Shown in pieces: positions 1-16,100 of a stretch of 64,000 nt of DNA (position 1 is the stretch's first letter; each line of letters opens with the position of its first letter). A program made the translations under genes and the position numbers. The notes beneath the pieces were generated by a model, which saw only the letters and a list, made by a program, of their open reading frames with translations, was not told the origin of the DNA and made no database searches. Source of the stretch: Eledone cirrhosa (lineage: Eukaryota); assembly GCA_964016885.1 (NCBI GenBank), contig OZ024752.1:17670001-17734000 (forward strand), in the 5' to 3' direction.

Positions 1-3000
1 TCTAACTCCTTCATATATGGTCTACAACTCCACCATTCTAACTCCTTCTTATATGGTGTACAACTCCACCATTCTAATTGCTTCTTATATGGTCTACAAC
101 TCCACCATTCTAACTCTTACTTATATGGTCTACACCTCCACCATTCTAACTCCTTCTGATATGGTCTACAACTCCACCATTCTAAATCCTTCTGATATGG
201 TCTACAACTCCACCATTCTACTTCCTTCTTATATGGTCTACAACTCCACTATTCTAACTCATTCTTATATGGTCTACAACTCCACCATTCTAATTCCTTC
301 TTATATGGTCTACAACTCCACCATTCTAATTCCTTCGTATATGGTCTACAACTCCACCATTCTAATTCCTTCTTATATGGTCTACAACTCCACCATTCTA
401 ACGCCTTCTTATATGGTCTACAACTCCACCATTCTAACGCCTTCTTATATGGTGTACAACTCCACCATTCTAATTCCTTCTTATATGGGCTACAACTCCA
501 CCATTCTAACTCCATCTTATATGGTCTACAACTCCACCATTCTAACTCCTTCTTATATGGTCTACAACTCCACCATTCTAATTCCTTCTTATATGGTCTA
601 CAACTCCACCATTCTAATTCCTTCTTATATGGTCTACAACTCCACCATTCTAACTCCTTCTTATATGGTCTACAACTCCACCATTCTAACTCCTTCTTAT
701 ATGGTCTACAACTGCACCATTCTAACTCCTTCTTATATGGTCTACAACTCCACCATTCTAACTCCTTCTTATATGGTGTACAACTCCACCATTCTAACTC
801 CTTCTTATATGGTGTACAACTCCACCATTCTAATTCCTTCTTATATGGTCTACAACTCCACCATTCTAATTCCTTCTTATATGGTCTACAACTCCACCAT
901 TCTAACTCCTTCTTATATGGTGTACAACTCCACCATTCTAATTCCTTATTATATGGTCTACAACTCCACCATTCTAACTCCTTCTTATATGGTCTACAAC
1001 TCCCCCATTCTAATTCTTTCTTATATGGCCTACAACTCCACCATTCTAACTCCTTCTTATATGGTCTACAACTCCACCATTCTAACTCCTCTTATATGGT
1101 CTACAACTGCACCATTCTAACCCCTTCTTATATGGTCTACAACTCCACCATTCTAACTCCTTCTTATATGGACTACAACTCCACCATTCTAACTCCTTCT
1201 TATATGGTCTACAACTCCACCATTCTAATTCCTTCTTATATGGTCTACAACTCCACCATTCTAACTCCTTCTTATATGGTGTACAACTCCACCATTCTAA
1301 TTCCTTCTTATATGGTCTACAACTCCACCATTCTAATTCCTTCTTATATGGTCTACAACTCCACCCTTCTAACTCCTTCATATATGGTCTACAACTCCAC
1401 CATTCTAACTCCTTCTTATATGGTCTACAACTCCACCATTCTATCTCCTTCTTATATGGTCTACAACTCCACCATGCTAACTCCCTCTTATATGGTCTAC
1501 AACTCTACCATTCTAACTCATTCCTATATGTTCTACAACTCCACCATTCTAACTCCTTCTTATATGGTCTAGAACTCCACCATACTAACTCCTTCTTATA
1601 TGGTCTACAACTCCACCATTCTAACTCCTTCTCATATGGTGTACAACTCCACCATTCTAACTCCTTCTTATATGGTCTACAACTCCACCATTCTAACTCC
1701 TTCTTATATGGTCTACAACTCCACCATTCTAATTCCTTCATATATGTGTACAACTCCACCATTCTAACTCCTTCTTATATGGTCTACAACTTCACCATTC
1801 TAACTCCTTCTTATATGGTCTACAACTCAACCATTCTAACTCCTTCTTATATGGTGTACAACTCCACCATTCTAAGTCCTTCTTATATGGTGTACAACTC
1901 CACCATTCTAACTCCTTCATATATGGTCTACAACTCCACCATTCTAACTCCTTCTTATATGGTGTACAACTCCACCATTCTAATTGCTTCTTATATGGTC
2001 TACAACTCCACCATTCTAACTCTTTCTTATATGGTCTACACCTCCACCATTCTAACTCCTTCTTATATGGTGTACAACTCCACCATTCTAATTCCTTCTT
2101 ATATGGGCTACAACTCCACCATTCTAACTCCATCTTATATGGTCTACAACTCCACCATTCTAACTCCTTCTTATATGGTCTACAACTCCACCATTCTAAT
2201 TCCTTCTTATATGGTCTACAACTCCACCATTCTAATTCCTTCTTATATGGTCTACAACTCCACCATTCTAATTCCTTCTTATATGGTCTACAACTCCACC
2301 ATTCTAACTCCTTCTTATATGGTCTACAACTCCACCATTCTAACTCCTTCTTATATGGTCTACAACTCCACCATTCTAACTCCTTCTTATATGGTCTACA
2401 ACTTCACCATTCTAACTCCTTCTTATATGGTCTACAACTCAACCATTCTAACTCCTTCTTATATGGTGTACAACTCCACTATTCTAAGTCCTTCTTATAT
2501 GGTGTACAACTCCACCATTCTAACTCCTTCATATATGGTCTACAACTCCACCATTCTAACTCCTTCTTATATGGTGTACAACTCCACCATTCTAATTGCT
2601 TCTTATATGGTCTACAACTCCACCATTCTAACTCTTTCTTATATGGTCTACACCTCCACCATTCTAACTCCTTCTGATATGGTCTACAACTCCACCATTC
2701 TAAATCCTTCTTATATGGTCTACAACTCCACCATTCTACTTCCTTCTTATATGGTCTACAACTCCACTATTCTAACTCATTCTTATATGGTCTACAACTC
2801 CACCATTCTAATTCCTTCTTATATGGTCTACAACTCCACCATTCTAATTCCTTCTTATATGGGCTACAACTCCACCATTCTAACTCCATCTTATATGGTC
2901 TACAACTCCACCATTCTAACTCCTTCTTATATGGTCTACAACTCCACCATTCTAATTCCTTCTTATATGGTCTACAACTCCACCATTCTAATTCCTTCTT

Positions 3001-6000
3001 ATATGGTCTACAACTCCACCATTCTAATTCCTTCTTATATGGTCTACAACTCCACCATTCTAACTCCTTCTTATATGGTCTACAACTCCCCCATTCTAAT
3101 TCTTTCTTATATGGCCTACAACTCCACCATTCTAACTCCTTCTTATATGGTCTACAACTCCACCATTCTAACTCCTTCTTATATGGTCTACAACTGCACC
3201 ATTCTAACCCCTTCTTATATGGTCTACAACTCCACCATTCTAACTCCTTCTTATATGGTCTACAACTCCACCATTCTAACTCCTTCTTATATGGTCTACA
3301 ACTCCACCATTTTAATTCCTTCTTATATGGTCTACAACTCCACCATTCTAACTCCTTCTTATATGGTGTACAACTCCACCATTCTAATTCCTTCTTATAT
3401 GGTCTACAACTCCACCATTCTAATTCCTTCTTATATGGTCTACAACTCCACCCTTCTAACTCCTTCATATATGGTCTACAACTCCACCATTCTAACTCCT
3501 TCTTATATGGTCTACAACTCCACCATTCTATCTCCTTCTTATATGGTCTACAACTCCACCATGCTAACTCCCTCTTATATGGTCTACAACTCTACCATTC
3601 TAACTCATTCCTATATGTTCTACAACTCCACCATTCTAACTCCTTCTTATATGGTCTAGAACTCCACCATACTAACTCCTTCTTATATGGTCTACAACTC
3701 CACCATTCTAACTCCTTCTTATATGGTGTACAACTCCACCATTCTAACTCCTTCTTATATCGTCTACAACTCCACCATTCTAACTCCTTCTTATATGGTC
3801 TACAACTCCACCATTCTAATTCCTTCATATATGTGTACAACTCCACCATTCTAACTCCTTCTTATATGGTCTACAACTTCACCATTCTAACTCCTTCTTA
3901 TATGGTCTAAAACTCAACCATTCTAACTCCTTCTTATATGGTGTACAACTCCACCATTCTAAGTCCTTCTTGTATGGTGTACAACTCCACCATTCTAACT
4001 CCTTCATATATGGTCTACAACTCCACCATTCTAACTCCTTCTTATATGGTGTACAACTCCACCATTCTAATTGCTTCTTATATGGTCTACAACTCCACCA
4101 TTCTAACTCTTTCTTATATGGTCTACACCTCCACCATTCTAACTCCTTCTTATATGGTGTACAACTCCACCATTCTAATTCCTTCTTATATGGGCTACAA
4201 CTCCACCATTCTAACTCCATCTTATATGGTCTACAACTCCACCATTCTAACTCCTTCTTATATGGTCTACAACTCCACCATTCTAATTCCTTCTTATATG
4301 GTCTACAACTCCACCATTCTAATTCCTTCTTATATGGTCTACAACTCCACCATTCTAATTCCTTCTTATATGGTCTACAACTCCACCATTCTAACTCCTT
4401 CTTATATGGTCTACAACTCCACCATTCTAACTCCTTCTTATATGGTCTACAACTGCACCATTCTAACTCCTTCTTATATGGTCTACAACTCCACCATTCT
4501 AACTCCTTCTTATATGGTGTACAACTCCACCATTCTAACTCCTTCTTATATGGTGTACAACTCCACCATTCTAACTCCTTCTTATATGGTGTACAACTCC
4601 ACCATTCTAATTCCTTCTTATACGGTCTACAAATCCACCATTCTAACTCCTTCTTATATGGTGTACAACTCCACCATTCTAATTCCTTCTTATATGGTCT
4701 ACAACTCCACCATTCTAACTCCTTCTTATATGGTCTACAACTCCCCCATTCTAATTCTTTCTTATATGGTCTACAACTCCACCATTCTAACTCCTTCTTA
4801 TATGGTCTACAACTCCACCATTCTAACTCCTTCTTATATGGTCTACAACTTCACCATTCTAACTCCTTCTTATATGGTCTACAACTCAACCATTCTAACT
4901 CCTTCTTATATGGTGTACAACTCCACTATTCTAAGTCCTTCTTATATGGTGTACAACTCCACCATTCTAACTCCTTCATATATGGTCTACAACTCCACCA
5001 TTCTAACTCCTTCTGATATGGTCTACAACTCCACCATTCTAAATCCTTCTTATATGGTCTACAACTCCACCATTCTAATTCCTTCTTATATGGTCTACAA
5101 CTCCACTATTCTAACTCATTCTTATATGGTCTACAACTCCACCATTCTAATTCCTTCTTATATGGTCTACAACTCCACCATTCTAATTCCTTCGTATATG
5201 GTCTACAACTCCACCATTCTAATTCCTTCTTATATGGTCTACAACTCCACCATTCTAACGCCTTCTTATATGGTCTACAACTCCACCATTCTAACTCCTT
5301 CTTATATGGTCTACAACTGCACCATTCTAACTCCTTCTTATATGGTCTACAACTCCACCATTCTAACTCCTTCTTATATGGTGTACAACTCCACCATTCT
5401 AACTCCTTCTTATATGGTGTACAACTCCACCATTCTAATTCCTTCTTATATGGTCTACAACTCCACCATTCTAATTCCTTCTTATATGGTCTACAACTCC
5501 ACCATTCTAACTCCTTCTTATATGGTGTACAACTCCACCATTCTAATTCCTTCTTATATGGTCTACAACTCCACCATTCTAACTCCTTCTTATATGGTCT
5601 ACAACTCCCCCATTCTAATTCTTTCTTATATGGCCTACAACTCCACCATTCTAACTCCTTCTTATATGGTCTACAACTCCACCATTCTAACTCCTCTTAT
5701 ATGGTCTACAACTGCACCATTCTAACCCCTTCTTATATGGTCTACAACTCCACCATTCTAACTCCTTCTTATATGGTCTACAACTCCACCATTCTAACTC
5801 CTTCTTATATGGTCTACAACTCCACCATTCTAATTCCTTCTTATATGGTCTACAACTCCACCATTCTAACTCCTTCTTATATGGTGTACAACTCCACCAT
5901 TCTAATTCCTTCTTATATGGTCTACAACTCCACCATTCTAATTCCTTCTTATATGGTCTACAACTCCACCCTTCTAACTCCTTCATATATGGTCTACAAC

Positions 6001-9000
6001 TCCACCATTCTAACTCCTTCTTATATGGTCTACAACTCCACCATTCTATCTCCTTCTTATATGGTCTACAACTCCACCATGCTAACTCCCTCTTATATGG
6101 TCTACAACTCTACCATTCTAACTCATTCCTATATGTTCTACAACTCCACCATTCTAACTCCTTCTTATATGGTCTAGAACTCCACCATACTAACTCCTTC
6201 TTATATGGTCTACAACTCCACCATTCTAACTCCTTCTCATATGGTGTACAACTCCACCATTCTAACTCCTTCTTATATGGTCTACAACTCCACCATTCTA
6301 ACTCCTTCTTATATGGTCTACAACTCCACCATTCTAATTCCTTCATATATGTCTACAACTCCACCATTCTAACTCCTTCTTATATGGTCTACAACTTCAC
6401 CATTCTAACTCCTTCTTATATGGTCTACAACTCGACCATTCTAACTCCTTCTTATATGGTGTACAACTCCACCATTCTAAGTCCTTCTTATATGGTGTAC
6501 AACTCCACCATTCTAACTCCTTCATATATGGTCTACAACTCCACCATTCTAACTCCTTCTTATATGGTGTACAACTCCACCATTCTAATTGCTTCTTATA
6601 TGGTCTACAACTCCACCATTCTAACTCTTTCTTATATGGTCTACACCTCCACCATTCTAACTCCTTCTTATATGGTGTACAACTCCACCATTCTAATTCC
6701 TTCTTATATGGGCTACAACTCCACCATTCTAACTCCATCTTATATGGTCTACAACTCCACCATTCTAACTCCTTCTTATATGGTCTACAACTCCACCATT
6801 CTAATTCCTTCTTATATGGTCTACAACTCCACCATTCTAATTCCTTCTTATATGGTCTACAACTCCACCATTCTAATTCCTTCTTATATGGTCTACAACT
6901 CCACCATTCTAACTCCTTCTTATATGGTCTACAACTCCACCATTCTAACTCCTTCTTATATGGTCTACAACTGCACCATTCTAACTCCTTCTTATATGGT
7001 CTACAACTCCACCATTCTAACTCCTTCTTATATGGTGTACAACTCCACCATTCTAACTCCTTCTTATATGGTGTACAACCCCACCATTCTAACTCCTTCT
7101 TATATGGTGTACAACTCCACCATTCTAATTCCTTCTTATACGGTCTACAACTCCACCATTCTAACTCCTTCTTATATGGTGTACAACTCCACCATTCTAA
7201 TTCCTTCTTATATGGTCTACAACTCCACCATTCTAACTCCTTCTTATATGGTCTACAACTCCCCCATTCTAATTCTTTCTTATATGGTCTACAACTCCAC
7301 CATTCTAACTCCTTCTTATATGGTCTACAACTCCACCATTCTAACTCCTTCTTATATGGTCTACAACTTCACCATTCTAACTCCTTCTTATATGGTCTAC
7401 AACTCAACCATTCTAACTCCTTCTTATATGGTGTACAACTCCACTATTCTAAGTCCTTCTTATATGGTGTACAACTCCACCATTCTAACTCCTTCATATA
7501 TGGTCTACAACTCCACCATTCTAACTCCTTCTTATATGGTGTACAACTCCACCATTCTAATTGCTTCTTATATGGTCTACAACTCCACCATTCTAACTCT
7601 TTCTTATATGGTCTACACCTCCACCATTCTAACTCCTTCTGATATGGTCTACAACTCCACCATTCTAAATCCTTCTTATATGGTCTACAACTCCACCATT
7701 CTACTTCCTTCTTATATGGTCTACAACTCCACTATTCTAACTCATTCTTATATGGTCTACAACTCCACCATTCTAATTCCTTCTTATATGGTCTACAACT
7801 CCACCATTCTAATTCCTTCTTATATGGTCTACAACTCCACCATTCTAATTCCTTCTTATATGGTCTACAACTCCACCATTCTAACGCCTTCTTATATGGT
7901 CTACAACTCCACCATTCTAACGCCTTCTTATATGGTGTACAACTCCACCATTCTAATTCCTTCTTATATGGGCTACAACTCCACCATTCTAACTCCATCT
8001 TATATGGTCTACAACTCCACCATTCTAACTCCTTCTTATATGGTCTACAACTCCACCATTCTAATTCCTTCTTATATGGTCTACAACTCCACCATTCTAA
8101 TTCCTTCTTATATGGTCTACAACTCCACCTTTCTAATTCCTTCTTATATGGTCTACAACTCCACCATTCTAACTCCTTCTTATATGGTCTACAACTCCAC
8201 CATTCTAACTCCTTCTTATATGGTCTACAACTGCAGCATTCTAACTCCTTCTTATATGGTCTACAACTCCACCATTCTAACTCCTTCTTATATGGTGCAC
8301 AACTCCACCATTCTAACTCCTTCTTATATGGTGTACAACTCCACCATTCTAATTCCTTCTTATATGGTCTACAACTCCACCATTCTAATTCCTTCTTATA
8401 TGGTCTACAACTCCACCATTCTAACTCCTTCTTATATGGTGTACAACTCCACCATTCTAATTCCTTCTTATATGGTCTACAACTCCACCATTCTAACTCC
8501 TTCTTATATGGTCTACAACTCCCCCATTCTAATTCTTTCTTATATGGCCTACAACTCCACCATTCTAACTCCTTCTTATATGGTCTACAACTCCACCATT
8601 CTAACTCCTTCTTATATGGTCTACAACTGCACCATTCTAACTCCTTCTTATATGGTCTACAACTCCACCATTCTAACTCCTTCTTATATGGTCTACAACT
8701 CCACCATTCTAACTCCTTCTTATATGGTCTACAACTCCACCATTCTAATTCCTTCTTATATGGTCTACAACTCCACCATTCTAACTCCTTCTTATATGGT
8801 GTACAACTCCACCATTCTAATTCCTTCTTATATGGTCTACAACTTCACCATTCTAATTCCTTCTTATATGGTCTACAACTCCACCCTTCTAACTCCTTCA
8901 TATATGGTCTACAATTCCACCATTCTAACTCCTTCTTATATGGTCTACAACTCCACCATTCTATCTCCTTCTTATATGGTCTACAACTCCACCATGCTAA

Positions 9001-9100
9001 CTCCCTCTTATATGGTCTACAACTCTACCATTCTAACTCATTCCTATATGTTCTACAACTCCACCATTCTAACTCCTTCTTATATGGTCTAGAACTCCAC
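1..9100. repeat. Left higher-order domain with irregular units of about 2.1-2.9 kb and a 4,605-bp super-period
   Basis: The TAG-bearing monomer (GGTCTAGAACTCCACCATACTA) has its TAG at 1570, 3657, 6175 and 9090 (spacings 2087, 2518, 2915). The CCTCTT 1-bp deletion occurs near 1090 and 5695. ORFs 1096..1572 and 5701..6177 are near-identical at an offset of 4605. Confidence 0.85.
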
Positions 9101-12100
9101 CATACTAACTCCTTCTTATATGGTCTACAACTCCACCATTCCAACTCCTTCTTATATGGTGTACAACTCCACTATTCTAACTCCTTATTATATGGTCTAC
9201 AACTCCACCATTCTAACTCCTTCTTATATGGTGTACAACTCCACCATTCTAACTCCTTCTTATATGGTGTACAACTCCACCATTCTAATTCCTTCTTATA
9301 TGATCTACAACTCCACCATTCTAACTCCTTCTTATGTGGTCTACAACTCCCCCATTCTAATTCGTTCTTATATGGTCTACAACTACACTATTCTAACTCC
9401 TTCTTATATGGTCTACAGCTCCACCATTCTAATTCCTTCTTATATGGTCTACAACTCCACCATTCTAACTCCTTCATATATGGTCTACAACTCCACCATT
9501 CTAACTCTTTCTTATATGGTCTACAACTCCACCATTCTATCTCCTTCTTATATGGTCTACAACTCCACCATGCTAACTCCTTCTTATATGGTCTACAACT
9601 CTACCATTCTAACTCATTCTTATATGTTCTACAACTCCACCATTCTAACTCCTTCTTATATGGTCTACAACTCCACCATTCTAACTCCTTCTTATATGGT
9701 CTACAACTCCACCATTCTAACTCCTTCTTATATGGTGTACAACTCCACCAGTCTAACTCGTTCTTATATGGTCTACAACTCCACTATTCTATCTCCTTCT
9801 TATATGGTCTACAACTCCACCATTCTAATTCCTTCTTATATGGTCTACAACTCCACCATTCTAACTCCTACTTATATGGTCTACAACTCCACCATTCTAA
9901 TTCCTTCATATATGGTGTACAACTCCACCATTCTAACTCCTTCTTATATGGTCTACAACTCCACCATTCTAACTCCTTCTTATATGGTCTACAACTCCAC
10001 CATTCTAACTCCTTCTTATATGGTGTACAACTCCACCATTCTAAGTCCGTCTTATATGGTGTACAACTCCACCATTCTAACTCCTTCATATATGGTCTAC
10101 AATTCCACCATTCTAACTCCTTCTTATATGGTGTACAACTCCACCATTCTAATTGCTTCTTATATGGTCTACAACTCCACCATTCTAACTCTTTCTTATA
10201 TGGTCTACAACTCCACCATTCTAACTCCTTCTTATATGGTGTACAACTCCACCATTCTAAATCCTTCTGATATGGTCTACAACTCCACCATTCTAATTGC
10301 TTCTTATATGGTCTACAACTCCACCATTCTAACTCTTTCTTATATGGTCTACAACTCCACCATTCTAACTCCTTCTTATATGGTCTACAACTCCACCATT
10401 CTAAATCCTTCTTATATGGTCTACAACTCCACCATTCTAACTCCTTCATATGTGGTCTACAACTCCACCATTCTAACTCCTTTTTATATGGTGTACAACT
10501 CCACCATTCTAATTCCTTCTTATATGGTCTACAACTCCACCATTCTAACTCCTTCATATATGGTCTACAACTCCACCATTCTAACTCCTTCTTATATGGT
10601 CTACAACTCCACCATTCTAATTCCTTCTTATATGGTCTACAACTCCACCATTCTAACGCCTTCTTATATGGTCTACAACTCCACCATTCTAACGCCTTCT
10701 TATATGGTGTACAACTCCACCATTCTAATTCCTTCTTATATGGTCTACAACTCCACCATTCTAACTCCTTCTTATATGGTCTACAACTCCACCATTCTAA
10801 CTGCTTCTTATATGGTCTACAACTCCACCATTCTAATTCCTTCATATATGGTGTACAACTCCACCATTCTAACTCCTTCTTATATGGTGTACAACTCCAC
10901 CATTCTAACTCCTTCTTATATGGTCTACAACTCCACCATTCTAACTGCTTCTTATATGGTCTACAACTCCACCATTCTAATTCCTTCATATATGGTATAC
11001 AACTCCACCATTCTAACTCCTTCTTATATGGTCTACAACTTCACCATTCTAACTCCTTCTTATATGGTTTACAACTCAACCATTCTAACTCCTTCTTATA
11101 TGGTGTACAACTCCACCATTCTAAGTCCTTCTTATATGGTGTACAACTCCACCATTCTAACTCCTTCATATATGGTCTACAACTCCACCATTCTAACTCC
11201 TTCTTATATGGTGTACAACTCCACCATTCTAATTGCTTCTTATATGGTCTACAACTCCACAATTCTAACTCTTTCTTATATGGTCTACACCTCCACCATT
11301 CTAACTCCTTCTGATATGGTCTACAACTCCACCATTCTAAATCCTTCTTATATGGTCTACAACTCCACCATTCTAATTCCTTCTTATATGGTCTACAACT
11401 CCACTATTCTAACTCATTCTTATATGGTCTACAACTCCACCATTCTAATTCCTTCTTATATGGTCTACAACTCCACCATTCTAATTCCTTCTTATATGGT
11501 CTACAACTCCACCATTCTAATTCCTTCTTATATGGTCTACAACTCCACCATTCTAACGCCTTCTTATATGGTGTACAACTCCACCATTCTAATTCCTTCT
11601 TATATGGTCTACAACTCCACCATTCTAACTCCATCTTATATGGTCTACAACTCCACCATTCTAATTCCTTCTTATATGGTCTACAACTCCACCATTCTAA
11701 TACCTTCTTATATGGTCTACAACTCCACCATTCTAATTCCTTGTTATATGGTCTACAAATCCACCATTCTAATTCCTTCTTATATGGTCTACAACTCCAC
11801 CATTCTAACTCCTTCTTATATGGTCTACAACTCCACCATTCTAACTCCTTCTTATATGGTCTACAACTGCACCATTCTAATTGCTTCTTATATGGTCTAC
11901 AACTCCACCATTCTAACTCTTTCTTATATGGTCTACACCTCCACCATTCTAACTCCTTCTGATATGGTCTACAACTCCAGCATTCTAAATCCTTCTTATA
12001 TGGTCTACAACTCCACCATTCTAATTCCTTCTTATATGGTCTACAACTCCACTATTCTAACTCATTCTTATATGGTCTACAACTCCACCATTCTAATTCC

Positions 12101-13199
12101 TTCTTATATGGTCTACAACTCCACCATTCTTATTCCTTCTTATATGGTCTACAACTCCACCATTCTAATTCCTTCTTATATGGTCTACAACTCCACCATT
12201 CTAACGCCTTCTTATATGGTCTACAACTCCACCATTCTAACGCCTTCTTATATGGTGTACAACTCCACCATTCTAATTCCTTCTTATATGGTCTACAACT
12301 CCACCATTCTAACTCCATCTTATATGGTCTACAACTCGACCATTCTAACTCCTTCTTATATGGTCTACAACTCCACCATTCTAATTCCTTCTTATATGGT
12401 CTACAACTCCACCATTCTAATTCCTTCTTATATGGTCTACAACTCCACCATTCTAATTCCTTATTATATGGTCTACAACTCCACCATTCTAACTCCTTCT
12501 TATATGGTCTACAACTCCACCATTCTAACTCCTTCTTATACGGTCTACAACTGCACCATTCTAACTCCTTCTTATATGGCCTACAACTCCACCATTCTAA
12601 CTCCTTCTTATATGGTGTACAACTCCACCATTCTAACTCCTTCTTATATGGTGTACAACTCCACCATTCTAATTCCTTCTTATATGGTCTACAACTCCAC
12701 CATTCTAATTCCTTCTTATAGGGTCTACAACTCCACCATTCTAACTCCTTCTTATATGGTGTACAACTCCACCATTCTAATTCCTTCTTATATGGTCTAC
12801 AACTCCACCATTCTAATTCCTTCTTATATGGTCTACAACTCCCCCATTCTAATTCCTTCTTATATGGTCTACAACTCCACAATTCTAACTCCTTCTTATA
12901 TGGTCTACAACTCCACCATTCTAACTCCTTCTTATATGGTCTACAACTCCACCATTCTAACTCCTTCTTATATGGTCTACAACTCCACCATTCTAACTCC
13001 TTCTTATATGGTCTACAACTCCACCATTCTAATTCCTTCTTATATGGTCTACAACTGCACCATTCTAACTCCTTCTTATATGGTCTACAACTCCACCATT
13101 CTAACTCCTTCTTATATGGTGTACAACTCCACCATTCTAACTCCTTCTTATATGGTGTACAACTCCACCATTCTAATTCCTTCTTATATGTCTACAACT

Positions 13200-16100
13200 C
13201 CACCATTCTAATTCCTTCTTATATGGTCTACAACTCCACCATTCTAATTCCTTCTTATATGGTCTACAACTCCACCATTCTAACTCCTTCTTATATGGTC
13301 TACAACTCCACCATTCTAACTCCTTCTTATATGGTCTACAACTCCACCATTCTAACTCCTTCTTATATGGTGTACAACTCCACCATCCTAAGTCCTTCTT
13401 ATATGGTGTACAACTCCACCATTCTAACTCCTTCATATATGGTCTACAACTCCACCATTCTAACTCCTTCTTATATGGTGTACAACTCAACCATTCTAAT
13501 TGCTTCTTATATGGTCTACAACTCCACCATTACCATTCTAACTCTTTCTTATATGGTCTACAACTCCACCATTCTCACTCCATCTTTTATGGTCTACAAC
13601 TCCACCATTCTAAATCCTTCTTATATGGTCTACAACTCCACCATTCTAATTCCTTCTTATATGGTCTACAACTCCACTATTCTAACTCATTCTTATATGG
13701 TCTACAACTCCACCATTCTAATTCCTTCTTATATGGTCTACAACTCCACCATTCTAACTCCTTCTTATATGGTCTACAACTCCACCATTCTAATTCCTTC
13801 TTATATGGTGTACGACTCCACCATTCTAACTCCTTCATATGTGGTCTACAACTCCACCATTCTAACTCCTTTTTATATGGTGTACAACTCCACCATTCTA
13901 ATTCCTTCTTATATGGTCTACAACTCCACCATTCTAACTCCTTCATATATGGTCTACAACTCCACCATTCTAACTCCTTCTTATATGGTCTACAACTCCA
14001 CCATTCTAATTCCTTCTTATATGGTCTACAACTCCACCATTCTAATTCCTTCTTATATGGTCTACAACTCCACCATTCTAACGCCTTCTTATATGGTCTA
14101 CAACTCCACCATTCTAACGCCTTCTTATATGGTGTACAACTCCACCTTTCTAATTCCTTCTTATATGGTCTACAACTCCACCATTCTAACTCCTTCTTAT
14201 ATGGTCTACAACTCCACCATTCTAATTCCTTCTTATATGGTCTACAACTCCACCATTCTAACTCCTTCTTATATGGTCTACAACTCCACCATTCTAACTC
14301 CTTCTTATATGGTCTACAACTGCACCATTCTAACTCCTTCTTATATGTTCTACAACTGCACCATTCTAACTCCTTCTTATATGGTGTACATCTCCACCAT
14401 TCTAACTCCTTCTTATATGGTGTACAACTCCACCATTCTAATTCCTTCTTATATGGTCTACAACTCCACCATTCTAATTCCTTCTTATATGGTCTACAAC
14501 TCCACCATTCTAACTCCTTCTTATATGGTGTACACCTCCACCATTCTAATTCCTTCTTATATGGTCTACAACTCCACCATTCTAACTCCTTCTTATATGG
14601 TCTACAACTCCCCCATTCTAATTCCTTCTTATATGGTCTACAACTACACTATTCTAACTCCTTCTTATATGGTCTACAACTCCACCATTCTAATTCCTTC
14701 TTATATGGTCTATAACTCCACCATTCTAACTCCTTCATATATGGTCTACAACTCCACCATTCTAACTCCTTCTTATATGGTCTACAACTCCACCATTCTA
14801 TCTCCTTCTTATATGGTCTACAACTCCACCATGCTAACTCCTTCTTATATGGTCTACAACTCTACCATTCTAACTCATTCTTATATGTTCTACAACTCCA
14901 CCATTCTAACTCCTTCTTATATGGTCTACAACTCCACCATTCTAACTCCTTCTTATATGGTCTACAACTCCACCATTCTAACTCCTTCTTATATGGTGTA
15001 CAACTCCACCATTCTAATTCCTTCATATATGTGTACAACTCCACCATTCTAACTCCTTCTTATATGGTCTACAACTTCACCATTCTAACTCCTTCTTATA
15101 TGGTCTACAACTCAACCATTCTAACTCCTTCTTATATGGTGTACAACTCCACCATTCTAAGTCCTTCTTATATGGTGTACAACTCCACCATTCTAACTCC
15201 TTCATATATGGTCTACAACTCCACCATTCTAACTCCTTCTTATATGGTGTACAACTCCACCATTCTAATTGGTTCTTATATGGTCTACAACTCCACAATT
15301 CTAACTCTTTCTTATATGGTCTACACCTCCACCATTCTAACTCCTTCTGATATGGTCTACAACTCCACCATTCTAAATCCTTCTTATATGGTCTACAACT
15401 CCACCATTCTACTTCCTTCTTATATGGTCTACAACTCCACTATTCTAACTCATTCTTATATGGTCTACAACTCCACCATTCTAATTCCTTCTTATATGGT
15501 CTACAACTCCACCATTCTAATTCCTTCTTATATGGTCTACAACTCCACCATTCTAACGCCTTCTTATATGGTCTACAACTCCACCATTCTAACGCCTTCT
15601 TATATGGTGTACAACTCCACCATTCTAATTCCTTCTTATATGGGCTACAACTCCACCATTCTAACTCCATCTTATATGGTCTACAACTCCACCATTCTAA
15701 CTCCTTCTTATATGGTCTACAACTCCACCATTTTAATTCCTTCTTATATGGTCTACAACTCCAACATTCTAATTCCTTCTTATATGGTCTACAACTCCAC
15801 CATTCTAATTCCTTCTTATATGGTCTACAACTCCACCATTCTAACTCCTTCTTATATGGTCTACAACTCCACCATTCTAACTCCTTCTTATATGGTCTAC
15901 AACTGCACCATTCTAACTCCTTCTTATATGGTCTACAACTCCACCATTCTAACTCCTTCTTATATGGTCTACAACTCCACCATTCTAACTCCTTCTTATA
16001 TGGTGTACAACTCCACCATTCTAATTCCTTCTTATATGGTCTACAACTCCACCATTCTAATTCCTTCTTATATGGTCTACAACTCCACCATTCTAACTCC

